Shown here: positions 1 to 8,885 of the stretch, piece after piece
How the letters are laid out: each line of letters begins with the position of its first letter
Numbering within the stretch: position 1 is the first letter of the stretch
Notes under the pieces: generated by a model
Told to the model about the DNA's origin: nothing
Databases searched by the model: none
What the model saw: the letters and a program-made list of their open reading frames with translations, nothing else
From: Amoebophrya sp. A120
Taxonomy: Eukaryota > Protista > Dinoflagellata
Assembly (NCBI GenBank): GCA_905178155.1
Contig: CAJINV010000003.1
Location: 11,229,737-11,293,736 of the forward strand
Reading direction: 5' to 3'
DNA length: 64,000 bases
Program-made: the position numbers and the translations under genes

Positions 1-467
1 CGCTTTCTCTTGGGGTGTGGAGCCTTACAATTTTGGCCCATTTCCGTTTGGCGGTGCGCCGGGTATTTTGCGTCGCGCAAAGCACCCGGCATATCGGGCA
101 CGTGTTTGCAGGTGCTGAGCGCAACCTCTGGTCGGGCGTGTTTGGGTTTGTTTGTGTTGTCATCTCGAAAAGCCGCGGCGGGCGGTTTTTGTGGTGGTGC
201 TCTGTGTCGCGCCGTGTGGCGTGTTATTTCTCTTCTTCAGGCGAAGACGGCCGCCGCCCCTTTTTTTTCCTTTGTGTTCGGCTTTGGAATTTTAGAAACC
301 AAGACGCCCGGGTCCTTTCAAATTTGCGGAAATCAGTGTCCTCTCCTCGGCTAAATTTTCGGCTAAATCGGCTGACTTTTTTTTCCTTCCCGAATTCCCT
401 GTGGTTCCGCATTTTGCCGCCGGCTAAATTCGGCATCGCCGGGATTTCCGGAGTGAATCCCGGAAAA

Positions 468-682
468 TTTAGCCAAGATTTAGCCGACCGATTTAGCCGC
501 ATAGATTTAGCCGACCGATTTAGCCGACCGATTTAGCCGCATAGATTTAGCCGACCGATTTAGCCGACCGATTTAGCCGGCCGATTTAGCCGACCGATTT
601 AGCCGGCAGATTTAGCCGGCCGATTTAGCCGGCCGATTTAGCCGACCGATTTAGCCGGGATTTAGCCGACCGATTTAGCCGA
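468..682. repeat. Minisatellite of 13-14 bp units (ATTTAGCCGACCG / ATTTAGCCGGCCG / ATTTAGCCGCATAG)
   Basis: About 16 consecutive ATTTAGCC-cored units are directly visible. Confidence 0.95.
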
Positions 683-859
683 TCGCGGAAGTGTAGCAGG
701 GAGATGCAGAAACCCGCTGCGGATGGGATGTGGGCCAGCCCATAGATATCCGGGACCCGCGCAGACTTTCGCCGGCCCCGGCTTCCTGTGGTTTGGGTTT
801 GTTTATCTTGGGCCCGAAGGTTTCCTTCTTCCGGTATTTCCTTTCATATTCCCCATTGG

Positions 860-1087
860 GCGTGGGGTTTCGCATGGTTCCGCGCGTGGTCCATCCGGGC
901 CGCCACGCAACAATCGCAGGAAGCCCCTTGGGGTTTTTGTTTTCTTCTACCCGCGCCGCGCTGGCTTTCTCTTTTCCCCCGGCGGCAGCGCCGTCGGGGC
1001 CGCTTCTGCTTGCCCGGACTTTTAAAAAATCCCGAAAAAATTAGCCAAAAAATAGCGCGCGAAGTCGCCCCAAACCCTCCAACTGAG
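860..1087. repeat. Dispersed repeat end, related to 62804-62943, truncating the YR ORF
   Basis: cccgaaaaaattagccaaaa..tagcg.gcgaa.tcgcccc...ccctcca.ctgag occurs at 1031-1087 and 62886-62943, with weaker similarity extending leftward. Confidence 0.7.
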
Positions 1088-1365
1088 GAGAGCTCGTGAT
1101 GCCGCAGCCGGTTCTCGGTGCGGACATGGGACACGTAGGCCGTCGCCGTGTTTGCGGCCATTTCCCCGGTGTGGACCTTCACGCCGAGCCTGGCGGCAAA
1201 AAGCTCCAGGTTCGTAATTGATAGCGGGAAGTCGGTGAGGCCGCGAGCTGAGCACATTTGCTCGTACTCCTGCACCGCGGATGCCCTTGCGCTCGACGTT
1301 GCCTTGGCATGCATCTGGCCCCGGAGCATGTCCAGGGCGGTGCCGTCGTCGATCGCGTCCGACAT
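1088..1365 (-). pseudogene. N-terminal core-binding (SAM-like) domain of a tyrosine recombinase, interrupted
   Basis: MSDAIDD...ARASAVQEYEQMCSARGLTDFPLSITNLELFAARL...MAANTATAYVSHVRTENRLRHH resembles the N-terminus of DIRS-type YRs. No catalytic R-H-R-Y domain is visible before the repeat insertion at ~1087. Confidence 0.7.
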
Positions 1366-1394
1366 CTTTATCTCTGTCTGGGAGGGTGGGTGGG

Positions 1395-1512
1395 GAACGA
1401 GAAACCAAAAGGCCCGCACGTCGTTGCCCGGAGCGGTGTCGTCTACGTTAGCTGGCAGCGCTTAGCCTCATTTTGCTATTGATAGGGCTGATGGACGCAA
1501 AATACCAATTAA
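1395..1512. repeat. 118-bp direct repeat, copy between pol and YR
   Basis: Matches 7341-7458 with 2 mismatches. Confidence 0.95.
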
Positions 1513-2134
1513 CCGCTTTGGCTATGGTTACGACGTGCGTGAGGTTAGCTGTCACAGCTTTGGAACTTTGAGCGAAACGCGAAAAGGGCGCGAGCAAGCG
1601 AAACGCGCGAGGCACGCAAGCGCGGCATCTTGTGCCGGCCCCGCTGTGCCTACGTCGGGACTGCATTGCGAACGCCAATTTTTCACGTATCGAGGCCGTG
1701 GAGATCAACTCCCAAAGCCCGCACGCCCAAAGCTCCACCGGGCGAGAAAACAAGACCAGACCAATCGACTGCGTGCCAGGGCTCAACGTCGCAAGATTCT
1801 GAACATGGTCAAGGTTGATTGTTCTGTGTCGGTCTACCAGTCTTCATCAAGTTCAATCATCATCGCCCCAAAAGAACACGGAGATGGTGGCCAAGTGCCG
1901 CCGTCTTCTCCAAGATTCCAACTCCCCCAAGCATGCCGCTGCCATCACTTCGCCGACTCACGGCAATCACTTCGCCGGGTTGGCGGCGTCCGCGGTACCT
2001 GTGTGTTGTTTGGGTTGGAAATTGCGAAGCGTGTAGCTGTGGTCTCTGCACTCGAATCACGATAGCGCAATATCGTGATCCGAATGCAGAAAAGCTGCGG
2101 CTCCGTGGCCCCCACCATGTGTCACGCATCCATT

Positions 2135-4393
2135 CTACCAAGCAGGTAGTACCTGGGTGGCCTCCGGCAAGCACCGTGGCGCGCAGCCCCGGGAGGGGTC
2201 GTCCGCCGGGTTGGCCCCGGAGTCCACTCGCTCTACCCAGATCATGCAGCCAAGCTGCGCGGCCAGAAGCCAGGAGCGCTCGACCGAAGCGCGCAGGGCG
2301 TCGCTCTTCGCGCTGCCCCGTACGAAAGACCCCTGCGCCACTGTGTTATCGATCCAGAGGAAAAGGTCGGCGCCCTGCAGCTGGTGCGCAAAGGAAAGGA
2401 GCGCGGCCTCAACCTCCGCTCCTTCCAAAGCCGCAGCGTCCTCCTCGGCTTGCGCCCCGAAGTCGATGCGCGTGTAGGTTGGGCCGCCCGTGGCACACCC
2501 TTCCAAAGGCAGCAGAATTGCCCCGGCCCCAGTCAAGCTCGCGTCCGTGTACATCGCGCACTGCGGGCGCGATGGTGCTCGCCCGCCATCAGGAGGGCAG
2601 GCGGGCACGACCCGGCTGAAAGCGAGACGGGCGGCGGACCCTTCTGCCGCAAAGAGGCCCGCCCACCACTCGAGCGCCCGCCGGAGGTTCTTGTTCAGCC
2701 GGGCGTGGGCAGGGAGGTTCTTCGCCGCGGCGCGGCGCTGCAGCGCGTGCAACATTGCTCGCCCGATGCGGCCAAAGAGACACGTCGTCGACCAGCTGAG
2801 GCGCCCGCCGAGCGTAGCAGCCTCTGCGGTCGTCATGCTGTTGCGGTCAAGGTGGTCCCGGATGTAGTGCCGGATCTTTGTAATCCGGTGCGGGCTGAGG
2901 TTGTACCGAACCCCTTCCGGCTCCACCGCGATAACGATCCCGCAGTAGATGACCTCGGCGCCTTCCTCGGTTTTTGCCTCGTTAAGCTTTGTTTTGAGGA
3001 TGTCACCAAGGAAGGTCTGCACGTCTGCCGTTGCGGACTCGTCTTCCTCATCGGCGGGGAAGATGTAGTCGTCATAGTAGGCAAACATCGGGAGCGCTAG
3101 CTGGTCCCGCACGACCTGGGTGAGGGCCGCGCTCAGCCCATTATAGTGCAGAGCCGACGCTGCCTCCCCGAAAAGGAGGCGGTCGGCGACGAAGTACCGC
3201 AGCGCCCCGCTAGGGTCTTCGACCATGATCACGCGGAGAAACTCCTCGTTGCTCGCGCGGAGCTGGCGGTATGCCTTCTCGTGGTCCTTCTTGCAGCTCT
3301 TGCAGCGGCGCCCCGGCCGCAGACCTTGGTAGCGCGCGAGCGCAGCGGCGTAAAGGTCGACCGTGGCGAGCTTGATGGGGGTCCAGATGATGTTGGCGCG
3401 ATTGATTTGCGCGGCCTTGCCATCATCGACGGGGCGGGGCTTGTACTCCCACCCGGGCTTGTCCGCCTTCAGCTGCCACGCAACGAAGCGGCGGAAAAAG
3501 ACGCAGTCCTCCCCCTGCGCCACGCTGCTGTCGATCTCGTGCGCGAACCCCTCGCGCACCTCCTCCTGGATGCTCTTCCACAGAAACGCCTTGTTTTCTG
3601 GGGCGTCCTTGTGGATGCACCTCGCCGCCTCATCATGCACCCCAGCCTGCTCCGCGAGCAGTTCCGGGACAGAGAGCTCGGGCGCGGCGTTTGACGTCTG
3701 TTCGAAGATGTCCGCGTACGAATGCGCGCCGGACATCGGGAACCGCTTGCGGAGGTTCTCGAAGAACGGCGTGACCTCGTCTACGCCGATGTGCCCCCCG
3801 TCGCGTAGCATCTCCAGAAGCAGGTCGACGTGGACCCCTTGCCCATAGGGGTCCGGAACCTCCGCGGCGCGCGCGGCCCACTTCTTGATCGCTGCCCGGC
3901 GGAGCGCTTGATGCTCCGGGACCGTAAGGCGTGCCGCCCTGTCGACCGCCCTCGCCGCGTCCGGTGGGAGCGGGTTGCGTTGCAGCTCGTTCCAGTCGCG
4001 GACGAGCTCCTTGGCAGCTGCAACATGCTGTGCGGGGGACAAGCCCGGGGGAATTGACGCGAGCAAGCCCTTCTGCTTGCCCAAAAGCGTTCCGCCCGCG
4101 CGCGCGTCCTGGAAGCCGGGCGGCGCCGCCGGCTTCGGCGGCTCCGCGCCAGCGGTTGCCGGCTTCCGTCCCGACCGCCCCCCGCCGTGTTTGGCGGTCT
4201 TTGCCTCGGGCGCGGCAAAACTGGGGCCTCCGGAACCTGCCGCATCGCCGGCACCTGTCTGTGGTGGTGCCCGCTCGGTGCCGGTGGTCGTGGCGGCGGC
4301 TGCGCCGCCAACGGGCGGCGCAATCTTTTCCCCTGTGACACATGGTGGACAATTCCAGGGCGCCCATCGGTGAATGGGAGAGGGAGGGGTCAC
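2135..4393 (-). CDS. pol: Reverse transcriptase + RNase H (DIRS/Ngaro-type pol), intact ORF
   Basis: RT motifs KPRPVDD, KKDHEKAYRQL, LLFGEAAS, AYYDDY; RNase H motifs MYTDAS..GAGAI, ALEG, LWIDN, RVDSGANPADDPSR. Confidence 0.95.
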   Translation of the reverse strand: MTPPSPIHRWAPWNCPPCVTGEKIAPPVGGAAAATTTGTERAPPQTGAGDAAGSGGPSFAAPEAKTAKHGGGRSGRKPATAGAEPPKPAAPPGFQDARAGGTLLGKQKGLLASIPPGLSPAQHVAAAKELVRDWNELQRNPLPPDAARAVDRAARLTVPEHQALRRAAIKKWAARAAEVPDPYGQGVHVDLLLEMLRDGGHIGVDEVTPFFENLRKRFPMSGAHSYADIFEQTSNAAPELSVPELLAEQAGVHDEAARCIHKDAPENKAFLWKSIQEEVREGFAHEIDSSVAQGEDCVFFRRFVAWQLKADKPGWEYKPRPVDDGKAAQINRANIIWTPIKLATVDLYAAALARYQGLRPGRRCKSCKKDHEKAYRQLRASNEEFLRVIMVEDPSGALRYFVADRLLFGEAASALHYNGLSAALTQVVRDQLALPMFAYYDDYIFPADEEDESATADVQTFLGDILKTKLNEAKTEEGAEVIYCGIVIAVEPEGVRYNLSPHRITKIRHYIRDHLDRNSMTTAEAATLGGRLSWSTTCLFGRIGRAMLHALQRRAAAKNLPAHARLNKNLRRALEWWAGLFAAEGSAARLAFSRVVPACPPDGGRAPSRPQCAMYTDASLTGAGAILLPLEGCATGGPTYTRIDFGAQAEEDAAALEGAEVEAALLSFAHQLQGADLFLWIDNTVAQGSFVRGSAKSDALRASVERSWLLAAQLGCMIWVERVDSGANPADDPSRGCAPRCLPEATQVLPAW

Positions 4394-4486
4394 ACATTCA
4401 TCATTTTCATGCTCTTGCTTTTCACTACGAGATGATCAAGATGGGAACGCGTGATGAGGTATAGAAGAGAAAAAAAAAAACCTACG

Positions 4487-5755
4487 TCAAACTAGACTAG
4501 TGCCGTCGGCTTTCTTCTTCTTCTTCTTCTTTCCGCCCTCGCCGGCACCTGCCGGGACCCCCGGGTTCGTCGTAGCAGCGGCACTCGGGACAGCCGGGCC
4601 GCCGCCACCCTTGCCACCGCCGGCAGCCTCGCTGCCCGGAAGCGCACCCTTACCACCACGACGCTTCTTCATCGCCTGATGCTGTCCCCCGCCCGGGGCG
4701 GATGCGTCCCCGCCGGCAGCCGCCTCGCTGCGTTTGTTGCTCGCGGCCTTGTGGTCCGCAAGCTTCATGTCGGTGAGGAGGTCCTCGAAGATGTCTTTGT
4801 TCTTCTCCAGGAAGAACGCCTCCGCCTCCTCGGGTGTCACCAGCCCCGCGCGCTCCGCGCGCCGGCGGTTCTCCATGTCGTACGAAGCCGCCAGGGTCGG
4901 ACTGTGCCGGCACGCGATAGCGCCAAGGACCTCCATGTACTTCGCGGCGACCAGGAGGGTCCGGCCGGGCTGAAAGGCACCCGCAACGCCAAGGCTGGTC
5001 AGGTACCGCGTCGCGGCCAGGTGCAGCTGATGCGTCGGCAAGTGCTTCGTCTTCAGCTCCTTGGCCCGCTCCAGAAGGAACGCGGCCCCCCCTTCCTTCT
5101 CCTTGAGGTCGTTAACGCCCTCGATTTCGTCCTTGTAGGTGTGGGTCCACATGGGGTCACTCCAGGGCGCGACCTTCATCTCGCAGAGCGGAAGGGTGCA
5201 GTTACCCTTTTCCTGCGCCACCATGACGCAGTAGACCTGCTCCTTCGTGGGGGCGAGCGACTTGCCCAAGCCGGCGGTCTTGGCCCCGGCCAGCAGGTCG
5301 ATCTTCCGCTTCGGCACCTTGCTGCTGCCGACCCCGGCGCCGCGGAGCTGCGCGATCTCCGCCATCGCCCGCTTGACCTTTAGGCAGGAGGTGGCGATCT
5401 CCGCCGGCGGGACGCCACAGGCCCGGATGTCCTCGGAGCTTTGGAAAAGCTCCACAAACTCCTCGATGTCCTTCGCGCCATAGTCGACCAAGACCTTGAG
5501 CAGGGCCTTGCGCCGCTGGCCGTGAATGGGAATCCCGAGCGCCTTCAGCTCGAAGAACATGCGGAGCTTGGCCGCCAGGCGAACATCTTCGTCGACCTGC
5601 GGGCCCAGGTTGTGCGAGATGCTCGCAAACTCTTGGTCCAACACCTGCCGGCTGCTGCCGACGAAAAACGCCTCAAACCCGGTCGGGAGCAAAGCGCCGA
5701 GAACGCCAGCGGCACACGCCGCGGCCTTCTTTTCAAGCAACGAGGACCCGGGCAT
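4487..5755 (-). CDS. Gag-like ORF1 of the retroelement (422 aa)
   Basis: Long ATG ORF immediately upstream of pol with the same GC-rich composition; Y-D-x-x-x-R-R segment (ASYDMENRRR) and Gly/Lys-rich tail; no CCHC seen. Confidence 0.75.
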   Translation of the reverse strand: MPGSSLLEKKAAACAAGVLGALLPTGFEAFFVGSSRQVLDQEFASISHNLGPQVDEDVRLAAKLRMFFELKALGIPIHGQRRKALLKVLVDYGAKDIEEFVELFQSSEDIRACGVPPAEIATSCLKVKRAMAEIAQLRGAGVGSSKVPKRKIDLLAGAKTAGLGKSLAPTKEQVYCVMVAQEKGNCTLPLCEMKVAPWSDPMWTHTYKDEIEGVNDLKEKEGGAAFLLERAKELKTKHLPTHQLHLAATRYLTSLGVAGAFQPGRTLLVAAKYMEVLGAIACRHSPTLAASYDMENRRRAERAGLVTPEEAEAFFLEKNKDIFEDLLTDMKLADHKAASNKRSEAAAGGDASAPGGGQHQAMKKRRGGKGALPGSEAAGGGKGGGGPAVPSAAATTNPGVPAGAGEGGKKKKKKKADGTSLV

Positions 5756-6025
5756 TTTCTTTTGTGGTGTCTTTGTTTGATCTTGGAGCGAGAGAAGATA
5801 TTTACTCTTTAACGAGCAAGAAGCTTGCGAGCGCGAGGGGTTTGCTGTTTGTTAAAGAACAAAAAACGCACACGCCGCGGCCTTCTTTTCAAGCAACGAG
5901 GACCCGGGCGCTTTCTGTTGTGGTGTCTTCGTTTGATCTTGGAGCGAAAGAAGATATTTCTTCTTTAACGAACAAGAAGCTTGCGAGCGCGCGGGGTCTG
6001 TTGTTTGTTAAAGAACAAAAAGCGA
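5713..6025. repeat. ~156-bp tandem duplication spanning the ORF1 start and 5' leader
   Basis: 5713-5868 vs 5869-6025. The upstream copy lacks the ATG (ggcat -> ggcgc on the + strand). Confidence 0.9.
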
Positions 6026-6510
6026 ACGCATGGAGGTCGCGCGCCTCTCATCGCCTTCTGCTGGCCTTCTCAGCACCTGTCAAGCACGCGGACACGTTGC
6101 TCGCTCCGTTGCAAGGAGCGGCAGGTGACGCGGCTCCGCGCGATGCCTGCGCAGCGGGCCGATGTTGGGGCGACGGCCCTGCCAGGTGGTGGTGGCCACC
6201 AAACTCGCGGGCGAGCCTGGAAGCAGCTACGGCCTGCAGCTGGTTCGGCTGTTTTCGCACCCCTAAAAGCCAGAATAAGGCTTTTCGCACCACCAAAAGC
6301 CTTATTCTGGCTTTTAGTGGTGTTTCAAGCGATCTACTGCGTCCAGCTGCACGCGCGCGCCTGCAGCGCCGCTGCGTGCGTACCCCACGAGGGCTCTCCG
6401 CGTCGAGCGTCGGCTTCCACTCGAGGAAGCCGACACTCTTTTATGGCGCGCACCAGCACTCAGTCCTGGGACTGAGTGCTTCTAGCATCGACCGCTATCT
6501 CGCGCGTAGA

Positions 6511-7170
6511 GTGCACCTTCGCGTCGCCGCGGCAGCACCTCTACATGCGAGCGCGCGCGCTTTTCATGGTTGGGGCCTGTGACGTCGCCCTCTTTCGAGA
6601 GCGACGACGCACTTTTGTGGAGGGCGCCACCGCCTAGCGGCAGCACACCTCACACTGCACACTGTGCCTGCGCGCGTTGGTGAAGTGCACCTCCGCGTGA
6701 GCGGCAGCACCTTCGCCAAGCGTAGCGCGCACCTCGTTGGAGTGCACCTCCGCTTTCGCGGCAGCACCTCCTCCGAGCACGGCCTGTCCCTCTGAGGAGT
6801 GCACCTCCGCGTGAGCGGCAGCACCTTCGCCAAGCGTAGCGCGCACCTCGTTGGAGTGCACCTCCGCTTTCGCGGCAGCACCTCCTCCGAGCACGGCCTG
6901 TCCCTCTGAGGAGTGCACCTCCGCGTGAGCGGCAGCACCTCCTCTGAGTGCGACAGTCGCGGCACCGAAGCCAGCGGAGTGCGATCCGCACCTCTGCAAA
7001 GTGCACCTCTGCTTTCGCAGCAGCACCTGAGCAGAGTGCGGCGCTCATAGCACATCTGCAAAGTGCGCCTCTGCTTTCGCAGCAGCACCTGAGCAGAGTG
7101 CTTGACGCACATCCGTGCGGAGTGCAGTCTGCACAACCGTGGAGTGCACCTCTGCGTTGCAGCAGCACCT
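6511..7170. repeat. Array of a ~28-bp hairpin motif (gtgcacctCCGC-NNNN-GCGGcagcacct) with variable spacers; 114-bp higher-order period in the centre
   Basis: Copies at 6511, 6685, 6742, 6799, 6856, 6913, 7001, 7063 and 7144. Confidence 0.9.
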
Positions 7171-7340
7171 CCACGGAGCGCGTCATGCGCCTCCGCGTGG
7201 GCCGGGGCGCCTCGACGCTCCCGTGCCCACGGCTTTCTCTTTTCTTTTGGGGGGATATGGATACCACACGGCGCGCGGGCCGTCTTGCTCTTTGTGTTTA
7301 TTCCGACATTGCCAGACCGTACAACACACGGGCAACGATC

Positions 7341-7458
7341 GAACGAGAAACCAAAAGGCCCGCACGTCGTTGCCCGGAGCGGTGTCGTCTCCGTTAGCTG
7401 GCAGCGCTTAGCCTCATTTTGCTATTGATAGGGCTGATGGACGCAAAATATCAATTAA
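7341..7458. repeat. 118-bp direct repeat, 5'-terminal copy of the retroelement
   Basis: Matches 1395-1512; the sequence becomes AT-rich host-like immediately to the right. Confidence 0.95.
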
Positions 7459-8885
7459 AGTTATATAGTGAATGCCATATGCATATCATGTAAGCGCTAC
7501 GAAAGGATGCGAAATCTAGATGATACTACTCATGGTTGATTCCGCGAGCTCAAGAAGCAAATATAACAAACAAAAAGCACAGGAAGAATAGGAATAGCAA
7601 AAGCACCAATTTACAAAGGAGAGGTATGGAGCTGGAAACCGCGACTACGGATATCTATCGTCGAGAATGTACTATCTGTTTATGTATATTACGGGGTGCG
7701 TATTTACAAACGCGGCAAGCACTTGCACTCATTCAGCACATATAAAGAAGGAGGAAGAGCAGAGCCGCATGGTTGACTCTTCAGTGGTGCTGGTGAATTT
7801 GTAAGATGCATCGTCCAATAAATTTACACGATTCATCAAGTGGAAGTATTTTACCACGCTAGTACAGTAGGTTCTTCCTCCTGCCCGTGCGCTTCGTCGA
7901 TATCTTTTCCACCCGCCCGCCGTTCGTGGCCGTGGAACCCAAAAATCAAGAGATCCCGAGTGAAAGTAGAGCCTTTCTCCCGTCAAACGAGATCTGACGA
8001 TCTACAAGAAGCGTTCCTTCAATCGATCTGATATGTTGGACTCGACGAGAGCAGTTGTGTCGCCGCCTCCTGCGTTGACGTCGCAGGGCAACTAGCTATG
8101 TGACTCGTGCGCTTTGACCACGCACATGCATATGCATGTTGACATTTTTGCGCGGGATCCTGATCCATTATTGTTTCACAATTTTTGAGCGTGGTGCGGC
8201 GTCAAGACAGCGTGCAATTTTTTGCTTTCTAGTCTCTCTTTCTCGCTTCTTGTTCCTGGTGTGAAGACAATGCATGCGACCGAACATGTTCAAGATTGAT
8301 CACAACCCTGGTCAGCAGCCGCCGATCTCCATTCTTATTCGATCAGGTGTTTTTTGATCATTCTCTGCGATGAAAGGAGGTTGACCCTTTTTCTATTCGG
8401 GACCATTGCGGTGCGGCTTTTTCAAGCGATATAAAAAAATACGCTCAAGCTCATCTGCGTACAAAATAGCCCTGCTACAACATCTTCCGTTTTATTTTCA
8501 GCATTGCCCCGTTTCATTCGAACATGGAGGTGTGAGCAAGTGCTTGTCGAGCGCATTCGTTCAAATTTGCCAAAGAGGTCAATTACACGCTGGATCGCGC
8601 GGCGCAGAAAAAACGCCACACGATTCAAGAATGAAGCTAAAACTCAAATCATTGTCTGCTGCCGCGAAAAGATGTTGTAAACCTGCTGCGTCTGTCCATC
8701 GAGGGATAGAGTAAGAGGCAAGAACGCCAAGCACCACTATAGAAGCGAAGCGAAGCCCCGAGGCCCAAAGTCAAATGGCCCACTGACCATCTCCATTGTC
8801 TTATTTTGGTTTGGATTTCCAGCCGTTGTGCCTGTTTCACGACCTGTGGCACAAACTCGGAAAAGTATAGTTGGTCCGTGCTCCT

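Larger units (their letters stand above)
1088..7458 (-). mobile_element. DIRS/Ngaro-like tyrosine-recombinase retrotransposon
   Basis: Co-oriented gag-like ORF, RT-RNaseH ORF lacking protease and DDE integrase, YR N-terminus, and 118-bp direct repeats. Confidence 0.85.

Noticed and set aside
468-682. Telomere
   Set aside because: The unit is 13-14 bp ATTTAGCCGACCG, not TTTAGGG, and it is internal.
6634-7026. 38-aa repeat ORF (ankyrin-like?)
   Set aside because: It is a translation of the 114-bp DNA repeat and has no convincing ankyrin consensus.
6511-7170. CRISPR array or hammerhead ribozyme
   Set aside because: Spacers are duplicated and of variable length, there are no cas genes, and the context is eukaryotic. 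CTGAGGA and GAAA lie on opposite strands.
7729-8852. Short minus-strand ORFs as a divergent gene
   Set aside because: No recognisable domain or consistent splice model.
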